Notes under the pieces: generated by a model
The model's input: the letters and a program-made list of their open reading frames with translations, nothing else
Told to the model about the DNA's origin: nothing
The model's database searches: none
Part shown: piece after piece, positions 34,525 to 44,553 of the stretch
How positions within the stretch are numbered: the stretch's first letter is position 1
Layout of the letters: the number at the start of each line of letters is the position of its first letter
Position numbers and translations under genes: made by a program
Assembly: GCA_963699545.1 (NCBI GenBank)
Contig: CAVOUE010000006.1
Location: forward strand, 96,001 to 160,000
Reading direction: 5' to 3'
Length of the DNA stretch: 64,000 nucleotides
Source of the DNA: Nitrospirota bacterium
GTDB lineage: Bacteria; Nitrospirota; Thermodesulfovibrionia; Thermodesulfovibrionales; UBA9159

Positions 34525-35216
34525 AGGTCATCTCTCTTGATCGCCCTGAAAGTTATCTGGCCTGCGAAATGATAGGGCGCCGTCTCTCGTATCCACCTGC
34601 TTTTTGAAGCATATCCGGAACCCATGAGATGTCTGAGCGCAGATATTCTGTCAAAAATAAGGCTGATTCCCCAGACGCATGCTCCCGCACCCCGGAGGGC
34701 ACATTGTGCAAGCAGCTCGCTGCCGGTCAACTGGCGGACCCAGGTCCAGCTTATCAGGGGGAAGCATCCGATGCCGGGCAAGAAGAGAATGTCTTTAAAG
34801 TGTTTGCTTGTCAGGATCTTCTCAAGCCCGTGATGGCTGAAATTAAAATATACCTTGCCGTGCATCGGCTCCAGGAAAGATGCGCTTCCTATGACGATGC
34901 CTCCCGGTTTCAGAACGCGGCAGATCTCGCCGACAGCCTGCCAGGGGTCATCCAGGTATTCCATCACCTGCCAGATGACCGCCAGATCAAAGGTATTGTC
35001 ATGAAAGGGCAGGTGATGCGCATCGCCTTCCATCACGTCATCTCCCCGTGAACTCGCATTATCACATCCTGTCCACGTGTATCCCGCCTCTTCTATGACC
35101 TCCCTGTGCCTTCCCCGCCCCGCCCCGACGTCGAGGGCCTTTCCTGTGCCTCTGAGAAGAACCTCCTTAAGTGATGTCCAGTCGGGCCTTAGCGTCTTCC
35201 ACAGCGGTTCAGACAT
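34521..35216 (-). CDS. Class I SAM-dependent methyltransferase
   Basis: Start MSEPLW; LDVGAGRG, GDAHHLPF, RVLKPGG. Confidence 0.82.
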   Translation of the reverse strand: MSEPLWKTLRPDWTSLKEVLLRGTGKALDVGAGRGRHREVIEEAGYTWTGCDNASSRGDDVMEGDAHHLPFHDNTFDLAVIWQVMEYLDDPWQAVGEICRVLKPGGIVIGSASFLEPMHGKVYFNFSHHGLEKILTSKHFKDILFLPGIGCFPLISWTWVRQLTGSELLAQCALRGAGACVWGISLIFDRISALRHLMGSGYASKSRWIRETAPYHFAGQITFRAIKRDDL

Positions 35217-37218
35217 TCTGCCTCGCCTTCCGGGATATTCCCGATACATTCTGTTCGTGGGAAGACGTTGCGGGAAACCAGATGCGCTCTGCAGGCCTGC
35301 CATCTCCGACAGTGAGCGCATAATGCTTGAAATGCCCGCTCGCCTTCTTATAGTTGCCGCCTATTCCGGATAATTGGGAAGTGTAGTACCTGATCATCTT
35401 CAGTTTGGCCTTCATTTCAATGAAGACCACCAAAGGCGACAGGATGTTCTCATGCCCCGCCCCGATCGTCTTAAGCTCTTCGGGGTACCACATGCTGTAG
35501 GGGAATTCTTCATAGAAAACTATCTGAAAACCTTCGGCGATCAGCCGCAGGCCGACCTTATGAGCGATCTGATGGTCCACATGATTCCCGATGCCCAGCG
35601 GTACAAGGACCTGCGTTCTTTCCGGATCATACCTCCGCAGTGTCTTTGCGACCTGTTCATATACGTCATCGCACAATTTCAGGTCCCGGGGATGAAGCGC
35701 CTTCCTGATGCCCTCGTAATCGGTATAGAGGGGAACTCCTTCTTCCGTTTTCCGGTAGATGCAGTCAAGAAAATCCAGATGTATCTCCTGAGCGCCTATC
35801 GTTGCCAGGGCTTTCCTGTCCTCGTTCATCCTGACACTGACCGGGTCCGTGAGGTTCCACTTATGGTGGATTTCCCGGGCAAAAGGGCTCAGGTGAGAAT
35901 TGTCAGGCACCCCTCCGAACAGGGTCACGATCACATTGCTCTTGCCCTGCTTGCCGTATTCATGCATGATTCCTCCGCACGAAAACACCGCGTCGTCGAA
36001 ATGAGGAGAGAGAAAAACAACATGATTATGTAAGCCGCTCCGGGTGCCAGGGGGCAGCTGTTTATAAAAAGCGAGCATTTCTCCGCCTATCCTCTCGGCG
36101 CTGAACTCCTCCCTTCTCTTGCTGTCGGGCAATTCGACTTTCATGGAAACGGCCTCCACGCAGGCGTCGGCAAGTGCGCCGACGTCCCCCGGGGGCACAA
36201 GACAACCGCTCTGCCCTGGGACAATAAAATTGTGGGCCGCACTGATATCAAAAGCGATCACCGGCTTGCCGTGCATCAATGCCTCGAGGTAAATATATCC
36301 AAAGCTCTCATAGAATGACGGGATCACCACCGCAGTCGCCTTTCGATAGTGCTCACCTATTTGATCTTTCCGTACGTACCCGAGAAAATGCACTCTTTCG
36401 CTGATTCCCAGCTCCGCGACGAGCTCCCTTACCTCTTTTTCCCGAATGGAAGGATGAAACTGGCCGGCAAAAAAAAAATCGGCCGAAGGAAGTTTTTCCA
36501 CAATCCCGGGAATGGCCTTTAATAATTCAAGGACCCCTTTCCTTCTGTCGATCCTTCCGACGAAAAGAAATCCGGGGTTATCAGGTCGTGAAGCCTGTGT
36601 TTCAGCGGTAAAATTTTCGGGTCTTAGGGGATTCATGATAACGCTCACGGTGCCCGGCGGCAGCCCGATTTCGTGTTCTATTTCTGCTGCATGGGATCTG
36701 CTCGGAGCGGACAGGGAATGAGCCTTCCTGATCGCCATCCGCTGAAGAAGACGGCTCAAGAGAATACCTGTGGGAATTTTCCCCGGCGGTGTATATTTTT
36801 CACAGGAATATGCTTCGCCATGGAGCCGGACGACTGTCTTTATCCCCGGCCTCAGGAATCTGAATCCGCACGCTCCCGTTTCGATCCCTTCCACTATATC
36901 GATGGGGGCCGTCGCATCAATTTCTTTAATGGCCTTTAGGACAGCCCATGAATATTCCAGTTCCCTCAGGGGAAGGGAAAACAGTTTTCCGATGAATGGT
37001 AGGGTGGAAAGATACCAATGCACATTTCCGGAGTTGACCCAACACACCCGTATCCCTCCGTCCTCTGAGAGATACGGCTCACGATCGTTTCTCAAAGCGA
37101 TAGCAGAAACTTTATGGCCCCGTCGGACAAGCTCATGTCCCAGGGTCTGCACATACGTCCCCACCCCGCCGCCGCCTGTCTCATCAGGATAATCAAGGGA
37201 GGCGAAACAGATGTGCAT
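35209..37218 (-). CDS. GT4 glycosyltransferase fused to PIG-L family de-N-acetylase
   Basis: GGVGTY, VGRIDRRKG, PSFYESFG..EALMHG; then SPHFDDAVFSCGG, GNHVDH, YEEFPY, YTSQ. Confidence 0.85.
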   Translation of the reverse strand: MHICFASLDYPDETGGGGVGTYVQTLGHELVRRGHKVSAIALRNDREPYLSEDGGIRVCWVNSGNVHWYLSTLPFIGKLFSLPLRELEYSWAVLKAIKEIDATAPIDIVEGIETGACGFRFLRPGIKTVVRLHGEAYSCEKYTPPGKIPTGILLSRLLQRMAIRKAHSLSAPSRSHAAEIEHEIGLPPGTVSVIMNPLRPENFTAETQASRPDNPGFLFVGRIDRRKGVLELLKAIPGIVEKLPSADFFFAGQFHPSIREKEVRELVAELGISERVHFLGYVRKDQIGEHYRKATAVVIPSFYESFGYIYLEALMHGKPVIAFDISAAHNFIVPGQSGCLVPPGDVGALADACVEAVSMKVELPDSKRREEFSAERIGGEMLAFYKQLPPGTRSGLHNHVVFLSPHFDDAVFSCGGIMHEYGKQGKSNVIVTLFGGVPDNSHLSPFAREIHHKWNLTDPVSVRMNEDRKALATIGAQEIHLDFLDCIYRKTEEGVPLYTDYEGIRKALHPRDLKLCDDVYEQVAKTLRRYDPERTQVLVPLGIGNHVDHQIAHKVGLRLIAEGFQIVFYEEFPYSMWYPEELKTIGAGHENILSPLVVFIEMKAKLKMIRYYTSQLSGIGGNYKKASGHFKHYALTVGDGRPAERIWFPATSSHEQNVSGISRKARQNV

Positions 37219-38152
37219 TCAGACCGCCCTGCCCACTGCAAGCCGGAGATTCATGTAAAGCCTTCCCAGACGCTGATCCAACCTGCACACGGCATCAATA
37301 AAGGCATCATGGTTCATACGGGCACCGGCAAGGACAGCTTCAAAAAGAAACCGTGTGCAACGTCTCATGTCATACCAGGCGTTATGCCAATATGTTCTCG
37401 CCCGTTGATCCGCTCCGGCATCAAGGACCGCCTGGGTTGCGCCATCCCAGAAGAGTTCTCCGAAAAAACCATCTTCTGGTCTTTCTCTCCACGGTAACAC
37501 GGTGCATGACCTTTGCTCCGGGATGATAAAATGCCTTGTAGCCGTTAGCGAAAACATTCCTGTAGACGAGCGCTTCCTCACCCGAAAGCAGGCAGAGGCC
37601 CTTCCGTCCAAGAGTCACGGGAAACCCGCCTTGTTTTAGCACCCACTCGCGACGAAAGGCGATGTTCGCGCCGACAAGGTAATCGCCGGCCGATAAATAA
37701 CGCTCGTCCGGACCGTGGTTCACACTTGTGAACAGTGGTTCATACCGTTTCGGGACCCATGAAGGCCTTGCACCCTGCCAGTCCAGCTCCACCGGACCGC
37801 CGACACATACGATCCCCTTGTCCCGGCCAAACGCCTCAAGCACCGAAGCCAGCCATTGAAGTTCCGCGCAGGCGTCGTCGTCTATGAAGATAACGAGAGC
37901 GGAGTTCGTTTCCTTCAAGCCCCGGTTACGTGCGACGGATAAGCCCTGTGCAGGCTCAAACACATACCGGAGGTTCAGCATCGTCCCCTGGAGCCGCTTT
38001 ATGACATCAGCGGTTTCATCGGTTGAGTTGTTGTCCACTGCAAGGATCTCAAAGAAATCGCCTGAGAGGGTCTGCTCTTTGAGACTCTCAATAAGTTTCT
38101 GCAGGTATTCGCAGCGGTTGAACGTGCATATGATGACGCAGATGTCAGTCAT
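37219..38152 (-). CDS. GT2 glycosyltransferase; frameshift near 37460
   Basis: IICTFNR, DNNSTD, GLSVARN, FIDDDA, GANIAFR, SGEE. Confidence 0.85.
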
Positions 38153-39341
38153 GACCTGCCGTCCGGTCATGAATCCTGATCGCACGTCGATATACCTCAA
38201 TGGTCTGATCCACTATCCTGTCTGTTGAAAAATGTTCCCGCACTCTCGTAACCGCATTCTCTCCCAATTTCCGTCGCAGTTTCTCATCCTGCAACAGCCT
38301 TAAGACAGCCACTGATATCCCTTCGGGTTCTTCAGGATCGATGAGAATTCCGGACACCCCGTCCTCTATCATCTCTGCCATGCCCCCGTTCCTGCTCCCC
38401 ACCACAGCGCAGCCGCAGGCCATCGCTTCCAGACAAGTGTAAGGGAAATTCTCCCAGAGTGAAGGAAGGACGCAGACAGCAGCCTTCCGGAGATGGCGAA
38501 GAACATCCTGACGGGGAACGCCTCCCGGAAAGCTGAGGGAACCCCTCATCTTCTCCGGAATTTGGCTCACTATGAACTCCCTGAGGGAAGGTCCGTCATG
38601 CCAGCTGCGGTCGGGTCCGAGGAAAACAAATCTCGCATCTCCCATACTGTTCAAAACCCCGGGTATTATCTTGCCGAACACCTGCACACCCTTGTGCCAT
38701 TCGAGGCGTCCGACAAAGAGAACTGTTCTTCCATCCTCTTCTCTGGCCGGCAGGCTTTCGGGAAGAGTTATCGGATTGTACACCACCGGGCAATCTCTTT
38801 TCGGGAAGAAATCTTTGCCCGCCCAGAGAAGGGCATGACTACACGAATATGCGACATCCGCCTTATTTATGGTGAGCTTTTCCGCCAAATACTCAAGTCT
38901 GTTCCAGAGATCAGGCCTGTTGTGCGCAGTTTGATCCAACAGCCAGCGCGGCGTATGGAGTTTGATGACTGTGGCCGGTCTCCGTCTCCTTGTGAGCTGA
39001 TAAAAAAGCAGGTCTGCGTATATTTCAGAGCTCTCTATAAGGTCTATATTGTATTTCTCAACCAGCTTATCCAGTTTCTCGGCCACCGAGAGCCGATACC
39101 CGGTTAAGTACCTCTGAAAACGCCAGAAAAACCGCTTGTCAGAGAGATTCCACTTGTTCAGTATGCGGTAGGCATGAATCCCGTTTTCAACGGTGCAACT
39201 CTCGTTTTCAAGCGCCCTCGATAATACTATTACGCGATGTCCTCTTTCAGTAAGAGCCCTTGCCATTTCATGCACATAGGTACCGATACCGCCCCATGCC
39301 GTTTCCGGCGGGTACTCCTGTGAAACGAAGCAAATGTTCAA
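38145..39341 (-). CDS. GT4 glycosyltransferase
   Basis: EYPPETAWGGIGTY, VGRLEWHKG, PSLWENFPYTCLEAMACG. Confidence 0.9.
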   Translation of the reverse strand: MNICFVSQEYPPETAWGGIGTYVHEMARALTERGHRVIVLSRALENESCTVENGIHAYRILNKWNLSDKRFFWRFQRYLTGYRLSVAEKLDKLVEKYNIDLIESSEIYADLLFYQLTRRRRPATVIKLHTPRWLLDQTAHNRPDLWNRLEYLAEKLTINKADVAYSCSHALLWAGKDFFPKRDCPVVYNPITLPESLPAREEDGRTVLFVGRLEWHKGVQVFGKIIPGVLNSMGDARFVFLGPDRSWHDGPSLREFIVSQIPEKMRGSLSFPGGVPRQDVLRHLRKAAVCVLPSLWENFPYTCLEAMACGCAVVGSRNGGMAEMIEDGVSGILIDPEEPEGISVAVLRLLQDEKLRRKLGENAVTRVREHFSTDRIVDQTIEVYRRAIRIHDRTAGHD

Positions 39342-39347
39342 GCGCCC

Positions 39348-40052
39348 TTATTGCCTGACAGACCCGAGCATCTTCTTTTTCAAACGATAGAGGAATGTGT
39401 GGATGACAAACACTGCCACTCTTGTCCGGCATGGCTTATCGCTGCATACAAGGATATTGTTATCGCCGCCCCGCCCTTTTCGTACCCCGCAGTCTATCTG
39501 GGTGAAGTCGGTCACATACCTGAAGAAACTCGCCAGAAGGTCATGGAACTCTGCCGGAGTGTAGTGGCGCTCGTGCCAGGGATTATCCTCGGCCTTCAAC
39601 ACTTCGGCATTCGGCGCGGACACAAAGAACAGGCCACCGGGCAGCAGCATTCCTGATATGATCCGGAGAAACCCCTTATCATCCTTCAGGTGCTCTATTG
39701 TCTCAAATGATACGATAGCGTTGTACTTTTGACCGGCAGGATACACGTTGCTGTCGAGCAGGTCCCCTCTGATATACCTGATATTGTCCTTTGCCCAATG
39801 CGTCTGCGCGTACCGGATGGCCTCGTCGTCATAGTCTATTGCAGCGACCTTCAACGCCCGTTCGGCCAGCAGGTAACTGCCGTATCCGACCCCGCAGGCC
39901 GCATCAAGGACGATGGCACTTTGTTTGATAAAATATTGTGCGAAGTTGTATCGGTTGATGTGGTCGTTCGAAAACTCCTCAAGCCTTGTCCCGAGCTCAC
40001 GCTCGCCGCTGAAGAGATTATCTTTCTCCTTTGTTATCTTTTCAGGAAACAT
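39348..40052 (-). CDS. Class I SAM-dependent methyltransferase
   Basis: HINRY, LDAACGVGYG, SFETIEH, NPWH. Confidence 0.88.
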   Translation of the reverse strand: MFPEKITKEKDNLFSGERELGTRLEEFSNDHINRYNFAQYFIKQSAIVLDAACGVGYGSYLLAERALKVAAIDYDDEAIRYAQTHWAKDNIRYIRGDLLDSNVYPAGQKYNAIVSFETIEHLKDDKGFLRIISGMLLPGGLFFVSAPNAEVLKAEDNPWHERHYTPAEFHDLLASFFRYVTDFTQIDCGVRKGRGGDNNILVCSDKPCRTRVAVFVIHTFLYRLKKKMLGSVRQ

Positions 40053-40064
40053 CCCTGTCTCACC

Positions 40065-41585
40065 TTACACATTGAAGTATTTTCCGAATGCCGGCCTTAA
40101 GACCCCCGGCATTTTGTCCTTCAGGAAAAGGAGCATTTCCGTATCCTCACCGGTGAATATGCCCAATACTTTCATTGCCAGCAAGTAGAGTGCGATCCCC
40201 GACAGGACCGCGATCGAAAGTCCTGCCGCATTAGAAATCTTTGTCGAGATGAGGAACGCCAGAAAGAACATTGGAAGGGATGCCAGAAACACCCTGAACT
40301 GAAAACGAAAGGGGATCTCGACCCTGAAGGTCCTTTTGAGATAAAAAAGAGTGATGACCGCGGCAAGAAGATGCACTATGGAGGTTGCCCATGCCGCGCC
40401 CAGGGCTGCGTAGGACTTTATCAGGAAATAATCGAGGACAAGATTGAGCAGGGAAAGAACGATGCCCCACATTACAATAAAATTCTGTCTTCCGGATGCA
40501 AATATCATTGCGGATGCCCCGATATAGAGGGAGATAAACCCCTTTGCCAGGAAGATCGGGACAAAGAGCACAGGGACAGCCAGGTATCTCTCGCCGTACA
40601 ATACATAGACCAGATTTTTCGAAACTGCGATGGCACCCAGCGTCATGGGGATTATCGCAACGGACAGATATTTCGACAGGAAGAAGAAAACCTTGTTCAT
40701 CTGGGCATGGCTGTCCTTTCCATGCAGTTCCGACATCACAGGGATAAGGAAGCCCCCCAGTACCCCGGGCAGAAAGCCTATCAGCCTCATACCCCAGCCA
40801 AAGGCCAGAGAATAATATGCGATCTGCTCCGGAGAAGAGAACTTCTGGAGGAAAAAGATCTCGGAACGCTGCCAGATGATCTGGTCGGTGATGACGATGA
40901 CCCAGATGCTGAGGTTATATCTGAATATCTCCCTGAAAAGCGGCCTGTCCGTAAACCTGAACAGCCAGACGCTCAGTGATCTTTTCAGAAAGATATAAAG
41001 GACAAATAGTCTGGGGAAGAGGAGGAGAAAATTTACGACAATGATGCCCTGCACGCCGTACCCCATCCAGACCGCCGCAAGGCTGCAGACCAGAGAGACC
41101 GGTTGAAGGACCATATTCAGAAGGGAAATCTCCTTTATCTTCTGGAGACCGGTAAGCGAAAACCTGAACACATCAATAACGGCTGACGGAATAATTGTCA
41201 GGACGATGACCAAGAAAAGGGATGAAAGGGTCGGCTCATTGAAATACCCGGCGACCCTTCCCCTGAAGGCAAACAGAAAAATAACAAAGAGGATGCTTAT
41301 CGCCAGTTCACAGGAGAGCACCGTCGAAACGATTCGTGCGGACTTCTCACTGTCATCTTTCCCCTGGTAGAGGGAGATGTAGCGTGAGAGGGTCCCGCTG
41401 AACCCCATGCCGACGATGAAGCCGAAGATTGAGAGGAGCCATAACAGGAAATTCAACCTGCCGTATTCTGCGGGGCCGAGCATGCGTGCATACATCACCG
41501 ATGCGATCACGCCCAGGAAGAGCATGAGGGCATCCGCAACGGCTTGATACTTGGTATGACTGAACAGTTTTCTTTTGAGGCTCAT
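40065..41585 (-). CDS. wzx: Wzx flippase (MOP/PST exporter)
   Basis: About 14 TM; ARMLGPAEYG, LYGERY, YAALGAAWAT. Confidence 0.85.
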   Translation of the reverse strand: MSLKRKLFSHTKYQAVADALMLFLGVIASVMYARMLGPAEYGRLNFLLWLLSIFGFIVGMGFSGTLSRYISLYQGKDDSEKSARIVSTVLSCELAISILFVIFLFAFRGRVAGYFNEPTLSSLFLVIVLTIIPSAVIDVFRFSLTGLQKIKEISLLNMVLQPVSLVCSLAAVWMGYGVQGIIVVNFLLLFPRLFVLYIFLKRSLSVWLFRFTDRPLFREIFRYNLSIWVIVITDQIIWQRSEIFFLQKFSSPEQIAYYSLAFGWGMRLIGFLPGVLGGFLIPVMSELHGKDSHAQMNKVFFFLSKYLSVAIIPMTLGAIAVSKNLVYVLYGERYLAVPVLFVPIFLAKGFISLYIGASAMIFASGRQNFIVMWGIVLSLLNLVLDYFLIKSYAALGAAWATSIVHLLAAVITLFYLKRTFRVEIPFRFQFRVFLASLPMFFLAFLISTKISNAAGLSIAVLSGIALYLLAMKVLGIFTGEDTEMLLFLKDKMPGVLRPAFGKYFNV

Positions 41586-41595
41586 CGAAAGACCA

Positions 41596-43023
41596 TCAGG
41601 AAATGTTTTTGTCTCCCGCGGACCCTTCTTCCGAACCTGCGACATTTCTGGCTGCCAGGAGCAAACCTGCAAGGAAATACGAATGGGAAGCGGTCTCTAT
41701 CTTGAAGAACTGCTGTTCGGCCAGCGCATAGATCAGGCACGCAACGACCGCAATGAAAAGCCCCCTGCTGAACGACGAATGGTTTACGTTCGGCGAAACG
41801 AAAAGGCTTCTGCCCTCGGTCCTCATTATCTTCCACCACAAGAGAAGAAATGCCAGCAGGCCGGGGAAGCCAAGCTGTGAAATGAGCTCCAGATAGCAGT
41901 TATGCCACAGGGGCAGGAGAGGGAGCGAACTGTCCCCGACTGAGCCATCGGCTGTTATCGGCAAAACCCCTCCCCAGCCGCTGCCTGTCAAAGGGTATGC
42001 CTTTGCAGTTTCCCACGCCCCTTCCCAGCGTGAATACCGGTCCTGTAATGCGCTATTGGGGTTGAATGTCTGTCCTACAACCCTGTGCCTCACGACTGTT
42101 TCGACCTCGCCGCCCGCAGGGGAAAACATGATGCCTGCCACAATAATAAGGGTAACAACAGCGGCGGCGATTCTCCTTTTCGTCAGCACCATGAAAAGGC
42201 CCATGCCGATAGCCAGGGCCGCCCACGCGGTGCGGGTCTGTGCGAGGAACAACAAATAGACGATCGTGCCCATATAACCGATGAGGAGGACTCTCAACCA
42301 TTTCTTCTTTTCCTCAAGCAGGAGGCCGAAGGCGATAAAGAATATAGGGAGAATATATCCCACAAATATGTTCAGCGCGCCCCAGGCCGTCACCTCAAGT
42401 CTCTCCTCCAGAAGATTTTCAATAGCCATGCCTCCCAGAACGCCGCGGAACAGCGGAATGAGACTGAGCGCCAGCATGAAGAGAACGAGTGTTCTCAATT
42501 CCTTTTCAGAGCGGATACAGTCAGGAATGAGGAAGAGATAAAAAAGATAGAGGGTGTAAGATTTGAATACCGTGAGAATATTCAGAGGAGAGACCTCAAA
42601 GATCGCGTATGCCGTGACCACGCCCGCCATGGCAACGCCCAGGAATATCTTGAGCTCCCGGGAAAAATACTGCGGACCTGAGGGCCCGCGCAGAAGCATC
42701 TTCCTTGTCAGCCATACAAGGAGGATCATGGCCGTCAGGACTTCATTGGCGCTGGTGAAATACCCAGGCTTGATCTCATAGGCAAAGCCGGTCTCTGAGA
42801 TGAGAATGGCAAGGATAAAAGGTATATAACGTTTTGCCTTTTCGTACCTGAGCAGCAACGCCGCCAACAGGGAAAAGCCGACGATGCCCAGCGCGACAGC
42901 CTTGACCTCCCATTTCAAATCGTCATGTGCAGCCACGTCCAGCACGCCCTTTGCGGCAAAATACGCCAGGGCCACTACGCCCAGAGGAAGAAGAAGACTC
43001 CCGATACTGAGCGGTTGTCTCAT
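41596..43023 (-). CDS. O-antigen ligase-family membrane protein (Wzy/WaaL-like)
   Basis: Multi-TM; AQTRTAW, RYSRW, PLTGSGWG, HNCYLELISQLGFPG. Confidence 0.82.
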   Translation of the reverse strand: MRQPLSIGSLLLPLGVVALAYFAAKGVLDVAAHDDLKWEVKAVALGIVGFSLLAALLLRYEKAKRYIPFILAILISETGFAYEIKPGYFTSANEVLTAMILLVWLTRKMLLRGPSGPQYFSRELKIFLGVAMAGVVTAYAIFEVSPLNILTVFKSYTLYLFYLFLIPDCIRSEKELRTLVLFMLALSLIPLFRGVLGGMAIENLLEERLEVTAWGALNIFVGYILPIFFIAFGLLLEEKKKWLRVLLIGYMGTIVYLLFLAQTRTAWAALAIGMGLFMVLTKRRIAAAVVTLIIVAGIMFSPAGGEVETVVRHRVVGQTFNPNSALQDRYSRWEGAWETAKAYPLTGSGWGGVLPITADGSVGDSSLPLLPLWHNCYLELISQLGFPGLLAFLLLWWKIMRTEGRSLFVSPNVNHSSFSRGLFIAVVACLIYALAEQQFFKIETASHSYFLAGLLLAARNVAGSEEGSAGDKNIS

Positions 43024-43102
43024 TTGAAAAATCCGGTACGGATCACCATTTTTCGCAAACCGTCAGGCATACATAAGATCATTCAGCGTTCTCTCCATCC
43101 GC

Positions 43103-44545
43103 TTATTCCTTATGTCTGCCGTACGCATCATCCACCCTCACGATGTCGTCCTCGCCCACATACTCCCCGTTCTGGACCTCGATGATCTCAAGGGGCACCT
43201 TGCCGGGGTTTTCGAGCTTGTGGAGGGTTGATTTGGGAACATACGCCGACTCATTTTCGTGGATGAATATCTCTTCACCTCCTATGGTCACCTTTGCCGT
43301 TCCCTTTATCACCACCCAATGCTCCGACCGGTGATAATGCTTCTGGAGGCTGAGCTTTTCACACGGGTTCACCACGATCCTCTTTAGTTTGTACCTTTTC
43401 CCTTCTTCGAGAACCGTATAGCTTCCCCATGGCCGGTAGGTGGTCAAATGCTCTGAAACCTCTTTGCGGTTATCTTTCTTAAGCCTGAGGATAAGGTCCC
43501 TGACCTTCTGTGAATGTCCGCGTTTGGCGATCAGGACCGCGTCACCGGTTTCGACTATGAGACAATCCTCCAATCCGATGGCGGCGATCAATCGCTTATC
43601 GCCCATTATCAGCGTTCGCCTTGTATCCAGAGCGATCACATCTCCGCTTTTTGCATTCGCGCTTTCGTCCTTTTCAAGCACGTCGAAGAGCGAGTCCCAT
43701 GAGCCTATGTCGTTCCAGTAGATGTCCATGGGGATGGTCACCACCCTGTCGGATTTTTCCATGACCGCATAGTCGATGGACACGTCCGGCATCTCTGTGA
43801 AGCAGGAGAGCATCTCTTCGAAGCTTTTTTCGAGCATTCCGCCGATACGGGGTTCATGTTTCCCTAGCTCATCCAGGATCGTTCCTATGGAAAAAGCGAA
43901 CATACCCGAATTCCAGTAGTAGCAGCCTTCCTGCAGATATCTCATCGCAGTTTCAAGATCGGGCTTTTCGGCGAACTGTTCTACGCTGAGAAAACGCTCC
44001 TTCTTTGCCCCCTGTCCCCCGCTCCTTGCTTTTATGTATCCATACCCCGTCTCGGGTCGTGCGGGCTGAATGCCGAAGGTGACCATGTATCCGTCCTTTG
44101 CGATCTCTTCTGCCTGCTTCAGGTATTCACCGAACGCATCGATAGGTTTGATGATATGGTCCGAAGGAAACACGAAGAGCACCTCATCTCTGCCGCAGCC
44201 CAATTTCTCCATGCAGTATTTGGCACCAAGGGCTATAGCCGGCGCAGTGTTTCTGCCTGAAGGCTCCAGGATCAGATGAAAACCAGTGTTGAGTGAGGAG
44301 TTTTGAGCGCTGAGTTGAGGATTCCCGAACAAAGGCATGAGGTCGGCCATTACATGGAACTTGTAATCGTTATTCGTCAGTACAATAATCTCTTCCGGAG
44401 AGACAACACCTCTCAGCCTCTGAGCAGTCTGCTGGAGAAGAGACAGAGCGCCGTCAAGCTTCAGGAATTGCTTCGGAAAATTTTTTCTCGACAAAGGCCA
44501 CAGCCTCGTCCCCGAACCGCCCGCAAGGATAAGTGCTTTCATCAA
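43103..44545 (-). CDS. manC: Mannose-1-phosphate guanylyltransferase / mannose-6-phosphate isomerase
   Basis: LAGGSGTRLWPLSR, GRNTAPA, PETGYGYI, SIDYAVME, RPWG, SLQKHYHRSEHW. Confidence 0.95.
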   Translation of the reverse strand: MMKALILAGGSGTRLWPLSRKNFPKQFLKLDGALSLLQQTAQRLRGVVSPEEIIVLTNNDYKFHVMADLMPLFGNPQLSAQNSSLNTGFHLILEPSGRNTAPAIALGAKYCMEKLGCGRDEVLFVFPSDHIIKPIDAFGEYLKQAEEIAKDGYMVTFGIQPARPETGYGYIKARSGGQGAKKERFLSVEQFAEKPDLETAMRYLQEGCYYWNSGMFAFSIGTILDELGKHEPRIGGMLEKSFEEMLSCFTEMPDVSIDYAVMEKSDRVVTIPMDIYWNDIGSWDSLFDVLEKDESANAKSGDVIALDTRRTLIMGDKRLIAAIGLEDCLIVETGDAVLIAKRGHSQKVRDLILRLKKDNRKEVSEHLTTYRPWGSYTVLEEGKRYKLKRIVVNPCEKLSLQKHYHRSEHWVVIKGTAKVTIGGEEIFIHENESAYVPKSTLHKLENPGKVPLEIIEVQNGEYVGEDDIVRVDDAYGRHKE

Positions 44546-44553
44546 GCCTCCGT

